In this document: piece after piece, positions 55,980-64,000 of the stretch
Layout: every line of letters begins with the position of its first letter
Numbering within the stretch: position 1 is the first letter of the stretch
Source: Candidatus Binatia bacterium
GTDB lineage: Bacteria > Desulfobacterota > Binatia > UBA9968 > JAJDTQ01
DNA length: 64,000 nucleotides
Direction: 5' to 3'
NCBI GenBank assembly: GCA_963666515.2
Contig: OY762897.2
Coordinates: 672,001-736,000 of the forward strand
Translations under genes and position numbers: made by a program
Notes under the pieces: model-generated
Told to the model about the DNA's origin: nothing
What the model saw: the letters and a program-made list of their open reading frames with translations, nothing else
Databases searched by the model: none

Positions 55980-56447
55980 CTATGGCATTCCCATTGCGTT
56001 GTTCATGTCCTGGGCGGCCTCGTCGGGATCGATGGCGCAGTTGGGACTGGTTACCAGCGTGCCGATGGCGCCCGTAGCCGCACCCGCGGCGGTTCCGAGA
56101 ACAGCGCCTCCGCCCGTCACGATGGTGGCGGTCCCTCCCAAGGCCGCGCCCACCGTAGCGTCCACCGCGACGTCGGTGCCACACGAGCCTCCCGAATCGG
56201 TGTCGTCGCTGCCACCGAGATTCGATGACACCGCGTCATCGTAGTCGTCCGCGCTCATGTTGTCCTCGTCGTCCGAGCTGCACGAGCAACTGGAACAACT
56301 GCAGCTACACCCGCAGCCACATCCGCACCCGCAGCCACATCCGCACCCGCATCCGTGGATCTCCAGGTCCAGCTCGTCCTCCCGCGCATCGAGCAGCCAG
56401 GGAACGGCTACCGGCCCCTTTTCGATGGAATGGTTGAAGAGTTGCAT
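55980..56447 (-). CDS. Putative RiPP/bacteriocin-like precursor with (GC)8-SCSCSSCSCSS tract
   Basis: AAGGAG RBS, leader ending EDELDLEIHG, 14 Cys, acidic linker and Gly-zipper C-terminus; synonymous codon variation within the repeat; upstream of HlyD. Confidence 0.75.
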   Translation of the reverse strand: MQLFNHSIEKGPVAVPWLLDAREDELDLEIHGCGCGCGCGCGCGCGCSCSCSSCSCSSDDEDNMSADDYDDAVSSNLGGSDDTDSGGSCGTDVAVDATVGAALGGTATIVTGGGAVLGTAAGAATGAIGTLVTSPNCAIDPDEAAQDMNNAMGMP

Positions 56448-56654
56448 TTCGTATCTCCTTCCTGGTTTGGATTGTTGAGCGTGCTATCGCCGCCCACATA
56501 AGATTAAATCGGCCAGGTGGAGTCGAAACTTTAGGGGAAATTTCGCGGTCAAGGCATTTTTCTGCACAGCGGTCACCGGCCGCGGGGGACGACGACCGGT
56601 GACTGCGCCTCGTTGCTGCGAAAAAGTGGGATGGATGAGTGTGGCGGGCCGGGG

Positions 56655-58649
56655 CTAGTCTGAAGTTCTGAGGCCAAGACAGCGTAAGTGGTTGAATTTA
56701 GGGGGAATAGGATTGAGACGGCAGTACGGGTTCTGACTACACGGGGAGTTTGAGGTGGAGGAGTTCCAAGGCGAGGCGTTGGAGGTCGGTGGGGAGGGTG
56801 AGTTGTTGGAAGGTCAGCTTTGAGCCTTGGAGTTGAAGGGTATTGCGGGTGAGGGTGGCCAAGTGGCGGAGCAGACCGCGGAAGTGGTGCACGGGTTGCC
56901 CCTGTGGGGTTCGGCGGGTGGCGGCTTTGCGCTCGGAGCTGTGGGAGGGCACGCTGGGGCTGACGGGGGAGGGGCGGCGGCGAGCGGCGTCCTGGGGGTC
57001 GTCTTCGGCGAACAAGAGTGGAGCCCAGGCTCGCCGCATGTGCCACTCGACGTAGTAGGCGAGCATGCACAGGAAGACGTGGGCGCGCACGCGCTGGGAC
57101 AGGCGGTGGTGGATCGGGCGCACGTGGAGGTCCACGGTCTTGAGGCATCGGAAGGCGCGCTCGACTGCGGCGAGGCGTTTATAGGCGCTGACGGTGGAAG
57201 TGGCATCGAGGAGGGGCTCAGGGACGGAGGTGCGGATGACGTAGAGGCCGTCGAGGCGGGCCTCTTGAGCGATGGCGTCGGATTTGCGCTGATAGCGGAA
57301 CGAGGACTCGGTGACGGTCATGTCGAAGTGCTTGGCCATCTTGAAGCGGCCCAACACCCGGCCCACCCGCAGTGCGATGGCGCTCTCACCGCGAAGCGGT
57401 CGTTTGGGGCGTTGGGTGGCCCGGACGATCTTGTCCAGTTCCTGCTCGGTGGCGTCCAGCAGGGCTTGGCGTTTGCGCCGACGCTCCTGGCACAGCAGGG
57501 GGTTGAGGCAGGCGATGAGGCGTTCGCCGGGGAAGTCTGGATGAGCGATTTCAGCCAGGTCGGTGTGGTCGAACAGGGACGACTGCAAGGGGCCTTGGTC
57601 TTGGGCGAGCTTGGCGACGGCATCGCTGCGTAGTGCACTGATCCAGTCCAGACCCTCCACCGGGCGCAGTTCCTCGTCGATGCGCGCACTGGTCAACATT
57701 CCCCGATCGCCGACGAACACCACACGCTCGAGCCCGAAGCGCTCGCGGACCTTGTGGATCTGGTCCGCCAAAGTGCTCGGGTCAGCGGTGTTGCCCTCGT
57801 AGACCTCCACCGCCACCGGACAGCCGTCGGCGTTGCACAGTAGTCCGTAGACGATCTGCAGCTTGCCTTTCTTGCCGTCCCGCGAGTAGCCGATGCGCCC
57901 CAGCGGGCAGCGCCGCCCTTCGAGATAGCTCGAAGTCACGTCGTAGAGCACCAGCGTGCCGTGGTGGAGATGGCGCTTGGCCAGACTGCGTTCGATGCGC
58001 CCCTGACGCTCCCCCAGCCAGTCCATGGCCTCATACAACTCTTCGGCCTGCACCGCCTCAAGGCCGAGTTCCTCGCCCAGGGTGGACGTCGCACTCTCGG
58101 CATCCAACGCCCGCGCCGTGGCCAGCTTCGAGTCCGGACACAGCACCCGGGACACGATCAAGGCCACACTACGGTCGCGTTGGACGCTGTGCCGAGAGTC
58201 CAGCAGCCGCTCCAGCCCCAGCGCCTTGACCGTGCCCAGCACCGCAGCCACGTGTCCATGGGGGCGTGAGCGCAACACTTGCAATGCCTCCTCGGCCGGC
58301 ACCAGGGTCTTGCCGCCGAGTGCGAGGCGCACCAGTTCCACCACCGAATCGGGCAGGTGGGAGAGGTTGCCGACGGTTTCGTTTTTGACCTTGCCGTTTT
58401 CGCGGTAGGAGCGCCTGAGCAGGTGGGTGGTGTAGACTCGGTCTTTGTATCGACGCGTGGTAGTAACGACGTGTACGGCGGCCTTGCGTCTTGGCATACA
58501 TGGGATTGTAGCACAATCACCGAATGAGTCAAGTCTATTTAGTGACTACATGTTACGCCTGAAATCTGCCCTTGAATCCCCAAATGTCTATCCAATACAA
58601 TGAGTTAGAGGCTGTCAGGCCGGAATCCGGCCCCAGAACTTCAGGCTAG
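56655..58649 (-). mobile_element. IS1634-family insertion sequence
   Basis: Ends CTAGTCTGAAGTTCTGAGGCC (56655-56675) and GGCCCCAGAACTTCAGGCTAG (58629-58649) match 19/21 as an inverted repeat; CTAG at both ends. Confidence 0.88.
56737..58497 (-). CDS. IS1634-family DDE transposase
   Basis: LLRRSYRENGKVK, LYDVTSSY.EG, GYSRDGK, FVGDRGM and YKRL..VERAFR.LK...RPIHH...RVRAHVFLC motifs. Confidence 0.93.
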   Translation of the reverse strand: MPRRKAAVHVVTTTRRYKDRVYTTHLLRRSYRENGKVKNETVGNLSHLPDSVVELVRLALGGKTLVPAEEALQVLRSRPHGHVAAVLGTVKALGLERLLDSRHSVQRDRSVALIVSRVLCPDSKLATARALDAESATSTLGEELGLEAVQAEELYEAMDWLGERQGRIERSLAKRHLHHGTLVLYDVTSSYLEGRRCPLGRIGYSRDGKKGKLQIVYGLLCNADGCPVAVEVYEGNTADPSTLADQIHKVRERFGLERVVFVGDRGMLTSARIDEELRPVEGLDWISALRSDAVAKLAQDQGPLQSSLFDHTDLAEIAHPDFPGERLIACLNPLLCQERRRKRQALLDATEQELDKIVRATQRPKRPLRGESAIALRVGRVLGRFKMAKHFDMTVTESSFRYQRKSDAIAQEARLDGLYVIRTSVPEPLLDATSTVSAYKRLAAVERAFRCLKTVDLHVRPIHHRLSQRVRAHVFLCMLAYYVEWHMRRAWAPLLFAEDDPQDAARRRPSPVSPSVPSHSSERKAATRRTPQGQPVHHFRGLLRHLATLTRNTLQLQGSKLTFQQLTLPTDLQRLALELLHLKLPV

Positions 58650-59299
58650 TGCGCCACCTGGGCCATGGCCATGGTGATGGACTCTTCGATTTCGGCGATG
58701 ACGGCGCCCACCTCGCGCCCGATGAGGTCCATGACGCGGAGTTGCTCGACACGGGGACGCACCCGCTCCATCTCGCGTTCCGAGAAGATGTCGCTCAGGA
58801 TGTCGCAGGCGTCCACCAGGCAGACCAGCGCCACGTCCCGCGGGTCGGGCATGTCGTCGGACAGCAGCACGTCCTCCATGCGCAGCTTGACGCCCCGTTG
58901 CACCCGCCCGTCGATGGTGGGATAGCGGCGGGAATGGAACACCCACAGGAACTTCTCGTCCTTGGCCTCCAGAATGCCCCGTTCGACGAGGCTGTCCATG
59001 GCCCGCTGGCGGACGTCGGCGGCGTGCTCCCGGGCCAGCACCTCCACCCAGGCCTTGGTGCTCATGGTTTCCCCGGCGTTGGCGATGCGCTCCAGTGAGC
59101 CGTCCAGCAGGGGGTTGCCGGTGGGTGTCGAGTCGAGGACCTGAAGCTTCTCGGGGTCGGTGTCGATGCGGTTGGCGAAGGCCAGGTCCATCAGCACCGC
59201 CCCCACCAGGATGTGCTCCACCGCACCGCCCCGGATGGGCAGGAACAGGCCGTCGTCGTCCAGCATCAACAGCAGGATTTCTTCCGTGAACGTAAGCAT
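58646..59299 (-). CDS. GPP34/GOLPH3 (Vps74)-family protein
   Basis: LTFTEEILLL.LDD, GAVLMDLA, TGNPLLD and LVERGIL...KFLWVF..RRYP motifs. Confidence 0.85.
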   Translation of the reverse strand: MLTFTEEILLLMLDDDGLFLPIRGGAVEHILVGAVLMDLAFANRIDTDPEKLQVLDSTPTGNPLLDGSLERIANAGETMSTKAWVEVLAREHAADVRQRAMDSLVERGILEAKDEKFLWVFHSRRYPTIDGRVQRGVKLRMEDVLLSDDMPDPRDVALVCLVDACDILSDIFSEREMERVRPRVEQLRVMDLIGREVGAVIAEIEESITMAMAQVAH

Positions 59300-59308
59300 G
59301 CGCCTGAC

Positions 59309-59641
59309 CTATTCTGCCGCGAGGGCGGCGTCACGGGTTTCGTGGTATTCAAGCATGTTGAGGAAGCCGCTCACCTCCATCACCGATTTGCACGAGGGCT
59401 GGAGCGCGCACACGGCCAGCTTGCCGCCTTCGTTCTGGCACTTCTTCGCGCTGACGAGGACCACCCGCAGTCCGGCGCTGCTGATGTACTCCATGTTCTC
59501 GCAATCCAGCAGCACGCGATGGTCGCCGCGCTCAATGATCTCCGAGATCCGCTTCTCGAGCTCCGGGCTGGTGAAACCGTCGACGCGCCCGTTCGGGGCC
59601 ACCACCACCAAGGATCCTTTGGTTTCCTCTTGAATGTCCAT
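59309..59641 (-). CDS. STAS-domain anti-sigma factor antagonist
   Basis: GRVD...LLDCENMEYISSAGLRVVL with the phosphorylatable Ser; real start MDIQEET at 59641. Confidence 0.92.
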   Translation of the reverse strand: MDIQEETKGSLVVVAPNGRVDGFTSPELEKRISEIIERGDHRVLLDCENMEYISSAGLRVVLVSAKKCQNEGGKLAVCALQPSCKSVMEVSGFLNMLEYHETRDAALAAE

Positions 59642-59829
59642 CCGGCACCTTTTCTTCCGGTTTCGACAGACCCTGCCAACAGCTATCGCGGCATTGTTGC
59701 CAACAAGTGATTGATCGATATCAATGTGGCCCACGTATACCACAGGGGCAAGGCTTGGGCAACAAGCCCGCAGCCGCCAATTCCGCCAGGAGCGGTCACG
59801 AAACGTCAACCGTTCATGCCGCGCGGGCG

Positions 59830-61401
59830 TTACTTCTTGCCGGGCTCGAATCCTCCCTGCTCGTGGTACACGATCTTCTTGTCTTCCTCGAACGCCCGGA
59901 CCGATGGAATGGTCCCGCGCAGGCCGAGTTCCTTCCAGCGCTCGGCCACTTGGTCGTACATCTCCCGCCTCAGCGTGGTGCGCTTGGAGAACACCGGCAG
60001 GTAGCGGTGTTCCTTGCAGGCGTTGATCAGCGCCTTGGACCCGTAGGGCCGCTCTTCCGGCGGGTTCTGGGTCGGGTCCAGCCACGTGCTCCAGGTGTTG
60101 CGCAGCAGGTCGATGTCCTCGATGGGGTTGCAGCGGCTGCTCATGGCCCAGATCACTTGGTCCATGTCGGTGGGGTCGATGTCCTCGTCCACCGCGATGA
60201 TCCACTTGGTGTAGTAGGCGCCGCCCGGCACCTGGGCCGCCAGGGCCAGACACTGGGCCGCGTGGCCGGCGTAGCGCTGTTCCAGGCTGATGACGGTCAT
60301 GCCGAAGCCCCCGGCGCCGGCCGGGTGGGCGTAGACGCCCTGAACGCCCGGTATGCCGAGCTTGTCCAGGTCGTCCCAGATGCGCGCCGACCGGATGACC
60401 GCGAAGAAGCCGCTCTGCTCGCAGGACGGGTAGTCCGCCATGATGGCGTTGGTGAGCACGGGGTTGGAGCGGTAGTGCACCCGGGTGATGTCCACCAGCG
60501 GGCATCCGGCTTCCGGCCTGCCGTAATATCCGGGGAACTCCCCGAACGGTCCCTCGGTCTTCACCGAGTTGGGGTGGATGACCCCCTCGACCACCAGCTC
60601 GGCGTTGGCCGGCAGCAGCAGGTCGCTGGTCTGGGCCCGCACCACCGGGATGGCCTCGCCCTTGATGCCGCCGGCGAACTCGTACTCCGACACGTTCTTG
60701 GGAAAGGTCTGGGAGCCCACCAGCATGAACAGCGGGTCGATGCCCCAGGCCGCGGCCACGGGCACGGACTCGCCCTTTTCCCAGTAGCGGGTGATGTGCA
60801 GCCGCGCGTCCTTGCCCGGCGACAGGTAGAGCCCCACCTGCTGCTTGCCCTGGAACATCATCCGGTAGGTGCCCACGTTCAGGTATCCGGAATCCGGATC
60901 GCGGGTGAACACTGCGTCCGCGGTGCCGGCGTAACGGCCACCGTCCAGGGGCCAGTGCCTGGGGATGGGAAGCTCTTCCAGGTCGATGTCCGCTCCTTCG
61001 AGGGTGTTCTCGTAGACCGGAGCCTCGGCGGCCGGCACCTCGCGCGGCGGGATGCGGTCCTTCATCTTGTCCTTGAGCCGGCGGATCAGCTCCAGCGTCG
61101 GCGTCTCGGGGGGCTCCTCGATGGTCAGGGCGATGCGCTTGGAGCTGGGGCCCAGGATGTTCCACAGCATCCGCGCGCCGATGGCGCTGTCCTCATACCC
61201 CCTGGGGTTGTCGAACAGGATGGCCGGGGACGGGTTCTGCTTGGCGACGAGGTAGGTGATGGCGCTCATCTCCTCGTCCCGGTCCACCGGCTTGTCGATC
61301 TGGACCAGCTCGTTGATGCCTTCCGCGCGGTCCAGCCACTCGCGGAGATCCTGAATCGGACGGCCTGCCGCCGCCGGCTCCGTCCTGTTCGCTTCGGCCA
61401 T
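59830..61401 (-). CDS. UbiD-family prFMN-dependent (de)carboxylase
   Basis: DLREWL, DGGRY, NVGTYR, AELVVEG, EGPFGEFPGYY and IAVDEDID motifs. Confidence 0.93.
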   Translation of the reverse strand: MAEANRTEPAAAGRPIQDLREWLDRAEGINELVQIDKPVDRDEEMSAITYLVAKQNPSPAILFDNPRGYEDSAIGARMLWNILGPSSKRIALTIEEPPETPTLELIRRLKDKMKDRIPPREVPAAEAPVYENTLEGADIDLEELPIPRHWPLDGGRYAGTADAVFTRDPDSGYLNVGTYRMMFQGKQQVGLYLSPGKDARLHITRYWEKGESVPVAAAWGIDPLFMLVGSQTFPKNVSEYEFAGGIKGEAIPVVRAQTSDLLLPANAELVVEGVIHPNSVKTEGPFGEFPGYYGRPEAGCPLVDITRVHYRSNPVLTNAIMADYPSCEQSGFFAVIRSARIWDDLDKLGIPGVQGVYAHPAGAGGFGMTVISLEQRYAGHAAQCLALAAQVPGGAYYTKWIIAVDEDIDPTDMDQVIWAMSSRCNPIEDIDLLRNTWSTWLDPTQNPPEERPYGSKALINACKEHRYLPVFSKRTTLRREMYDQVAERWKELGLRGTIPSVRAFEEDKKIVYHEQGGFEPGKK

Positions 61402-61460
61402 GCTTCACCTTCCTTGTCTTGTGATGTTCGTTTCCTTCTTGGTCAGCGGTATCGCCGCGG

Positions 61461-62225
61461 CTACTCCTTCATGTCTTCCGGCAGCAGCCCGGCGAAGTAG
61501 GCGAACGCGTGGTGGGCGCGCCCGCGGTTGGTGGCCCCCATGACGGCGATGTTCCGGCCCGGCATGGACGGCGCCTCGCCGATGCTGCTGGCCACCCACT
61601 GCATGTAGGCGGTGCGCTCCAGGTAGACGGCGTGGCTGGTGGCCTCCTCGACACAGTCGCCCACCGCGGTCATTCCGTGACCCTGCATCAGCACGGCCAT
61701 GCGGTCGCCCAGCGTGGCCACCAACTCGGCGCCGTCCTGGACGCTGTAGATGAGCCGGGGGCTGTGGAAGATGGGCGTCTCCGGGGCGAACGCCGACGCT
61801 TGGTTGTAGATGGGACGGATGGGCACGCCGGCGATGGCGAAGGCTGTGGCCAGGGGCTGGTGCGTGTGCACCACCGAGTTGACGTCCGGGCGCGCCTGCA
61901 GGATGGCCGCGTGGATCATGGTTTCCCGGGGCGGGATCTTGAGATTGATCACGGCTTTCTGGTTGCCGGCCTGGGCCCAGTTGGCCTCGCTGTTCTCCAT
62001 GTAGGCGTCGATGTCCACTTCCATGATGTCCCTGGCGCGGATCGACCCCAGGGGCGCCAGCACCGGCTTGATCAGCAGCTTGTTGGTGCCGGGGATGCGC
62101 GCGCTCACGTGGCCGTGGTAGTCGGCGAGGCCCTGGTGGAAGAGGATGCGGGTGGCCAACGCCACGGTCTTCTTGAGCCGACCGAGCTCGCGCGCGTTGA
62201 GTTTGCCCTTCTGCGACTTGGCCAT
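61461..62225 (-). CDS. Class II aldolase/adducin family protein
   Basis: GHVSAR, ETMIHAAI..ARPDV.SVVHTH and LMQGHG Zn-binding His motifs. Confidence 0.92.
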   Translation of the reverse strand: MAKSQKGKLNARELGRLKKTVALATRILFHQGLADYHGHVSARIPGTNKLLIKPVLAPLGSIRARDIMEVDIDAYMENSEANWAQAGNQKAVINLKIPPRETMIHAAILQARPDVNSVVHTHQPLATAFAIAGVPIRPIYNQASAFAPETPIFHSPRLIYSVQDGAELVATLGDRMAVLMQGHGMTAVGDCVEEATSHAVYLERTAYMQWVASSIGEAPSMPGRNIAVMGATNRGRAHHAFAYFAGLLPEDMKE

Positions 62226-62521
62226 GGAGGTTCCTCCTCGATAACGCCGAACCGGGCCCCGCGCCGGGATTCGTGGTTTGCACGGACGAACGGGAAGGCG
62301 GAACGCTGCTTCAGCGGGAAAGAAAAACGGGCGGAAAGCCCGTTGGAATCGGGGGTTTCATAGCACACGGGACCCCGCGAATCCAGCCGGCTCCGTAGAC
62401 TCCCGGCGCGGCTTTGTGTTACAAATGCTCCTGCCTTCCGCCTCATCGGCCCGAATCAATTTTCCACAAGGTCGTTTCGGAGCTCCGGAAGTCGCTTGCC
62501 GGCGAGTGAGGGACGAAGTTC

Positions 62522-64000
62522 ATGGACTACAAAGACACGCTCAACCTCCCCAGGACGGCGTTCCCCATGCGCGGCAACCTTCCCCAGAAGGAGCCCGCGT
62601 GGGTGGAGAAGTGGGAGCGTGAGGGCATTCACGGGAAGATGGTGGAGGCCAACCGCGGCCGCCCCAAGTTCATCCTTCACGACGGTCCGCCGTACGCCAA
62701 CGAGCGCATCCACATCGGCCACGCCCTCAACAAGGTCCTCAAGGACATCATCGTCAAGTACAAGAGCATGCGGGGCTATTGCACGCCCTACGTCCCCGGC
62801 TGGGACTGCCACGGCCTCCCCATCGAGCTGCAGGTGGAGAAGAACCTGGGGCGGGAGAAGAAGAACCGGCTCAGCAAGGTGGAGGTGCGCCAACTGTGCC
62901 GCGCTCACGCGGAGAAGTTCATCGGCGTCCAGCGGGAGGAGTTCAAGCGGCTGGGCGTGCTGGGCCGCTGGGCCGAGCCCTACCGGACCATCGACTTCGA
63001 GTACGAGGCCACCGAGGTCCGCGAGCTGGGCAAGTTCATGGCCAGCGGCGCCATGTACCGGAGCAAGAAGCCGGTCTACTGGTGCGCTTCCTGCGCCACC
63101 GCGCTGGCCGAGGCCGAGGTGGAGTACGACAACCAGCGCACTCCGTCGGTCTACGTGAAGTTCCCAATCAAGGACGCCAAGGGGAAGCTGCCGGACGACG
63201 GGGACGGCGGCTTCGCCATCTGGACCACCACGCCCTGGACGCTGCCGGCGAACCAGGCCATCGCCCTGCATCCGCAGATGCGTTACCGCCGCGTGCGCAC
63301 CCCCGCGGGCGTGCTGGTGGTGGCGGAAGAGCTGGCGCCTTCGCTGATGGAGGCTTTCGGGTATGACGCCGGGGCCTTCGAGGTGCTGGAGGGTTCGTGG
63401 TCCGGGGCCGAGCTTGAAGGCATCGTGTGCTCGCACGCGTGGCTCGACCGGGACGTGATCGTCATCCTGGGAGAGTTCGTCACCGCGGACCAGGGCACCG
63501 GTTGCGTCCACGTGGCGCCGGGACACGGGCACGAGGACTTCGAGGCGGGCCGCCGCTACGGCCTCGACGCCTATGCGCCGGTGGACGACAACGGCCGGTT
63601 CACCGCGGACGCCGCGGAGTTCCAGGGCGACATGGTCTTCGACGCCAACCCGCGGATCGTCGCCCGGCTCGACGAAGAGCAGCGCCTGCTGGGGTCCCAG
63701 GACATCGACCACAGCTACCCGCACTGCTGGCGCTGCAAGCAGCCGGTGCTGTTCCGCGCCACCGAGCAGTGGTTCATCTCCATGGCGCACACGGGCCTGC
63801 GACAGGGCTCCCTGGACGCCATCGAGCAGGTGCAGTGGATCCCCCCCTGGGGGCAGGACCGCATCACCGGCATGATGGCCAACCGTCCGGACTGGTGCAT
63901 CTCGCGGCAGCGTTCCTGGGGCGTGCCCATTCCCGTGCTGTACTGCGCGGACTGCGGCGAGACGCACCTGAGCGAGGCGTTGTGCGAGCACGTGGCCGGG
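62522..64000 (+). CDS. ileS: Isoleucyl-tRNA synthetase (partial, runs off the window)
   Basis: [69 protein letters not shown] and [15 protein letters not shown]; absent from the ORF track because there is no stop. Confidence 0.98.
   Translation, partial: MDYKDTLNLPRTAFPMRGNLPQKEPAWVEKWEREGIHGKMVEANRGRPKFILHDGPPYANERIHIGHALNKVLKDIIVKYKSMRGYCTPYVPGWDCHGLPIELQVEKNLGREKKNRLSKVEVRQLCRAHAEKFIGVQREEFKRLGVLGRWAEPYRTIDFEYEATEVRELGKFMASGAMYRSKKPVYWCASCATALAEAEVEYDNQRTPSVYVKFPIKDAKGKLPDDGDGGFAIWTTTPWTLPANQAIALHPQMRYRRVRTPAGVLVVAEELAPSLMEAFGYDAGAFEVLEGSWSGAELEGIVCSHAWLDRDVIVILGEFVTADQGTGCVHVAPGHGHEDFEAGRRYGLDAYAPVDDNGRFTADAAEFQGDMVFDANPRIVARLDEEQRLLGSQDIDHSYPHCWRCKQPVLFRATEQWFISMAHTGLRQGSLDAIEQVQWIPPWGQDRITGMMANRPDWCISRQRSWGVPIPVLYCADCGETHLSEALCEHVAG

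Noticed and set aside
56290-56355. Short tandem repeats considered as a CRISPR array or VNTR
   Set aside because: Units are 6 or 18 bp with no spacers and lie inside a coding frame; no cas genes are present
56257-56478. Plus-strand ORF with a HPQPHPHPQPHPHPHP repeat
   Set aside because: It is the antisense reading of the Gly-Cys tract; the minus-strand ORF has the RBS, operon context and downstream hairpin
59642-61165. Apparent long N-terminal extension of the STAS protein
   Set aside because: It is an off-frame overlap with the ubiD-like gene; STAS starts at 59641
62226-62521. Possible T-box or other leader RNA upstream of ileS
   Set aside because: No T-box consensus (AGGGTGGNACCGCG) or terminator/antiterminator pair could be recognised
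62456-63991. 511-aa minus-strand ORF
   Set aside because: Antisense shadow of ileS, which is missing from the track only because it has no stop in the window

Overview
High-GC bacterial chromosome segment with no rRNA, tRNA or CRISPR array visible. The gene repertoire is reminiscent of Binatota/Tectomicrobia-like or other deltaproteobacterial lineages, but that is inference only. 0.6-26 kb: a dense catabolic region with almost no regulators. It holds a TRAP system and a TctC-like binding protein, three PhtD-like proteins, three luciferase-like monooxygenases, two amidohydrolases, an orphan Mo-hydroxylase large subunit, cupins, two diiron-type proteins, and a PrdB/GrdB-like selenoprotein split by an in-frame TGA with a SECIS-like hairpin. 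26-51 kb: a fused sensor kinase/response regulator, an atypical asparaginase, nudC and a MoxR-DUF58-BatA-VWA-DUF4175 operon split by about 8 kb of cargo (MFS, PPTase, sulfatase, LLM, VapC toxin-antitoxin pair). 51-64 kb: a frameshifted eutA-like gene, a four-gene cassette, an intact IS1634-family element, a STAS-GPP34 pair, ubiD-like and class II aldolase genes, and the start of ileS. The best candidate for an undescribed system is the cassette at 53087-56447. It encodes a small precursor-like protein with a (Gly-Cys)x8-(Ser/Cys) tract and a bacteriocin-like tail, then a stem-loop, a 4-TM protein, an HlyD adaptor and a TauD-family dioxygenase. Family assignments come from motif recognition by eye; no database searches were run.
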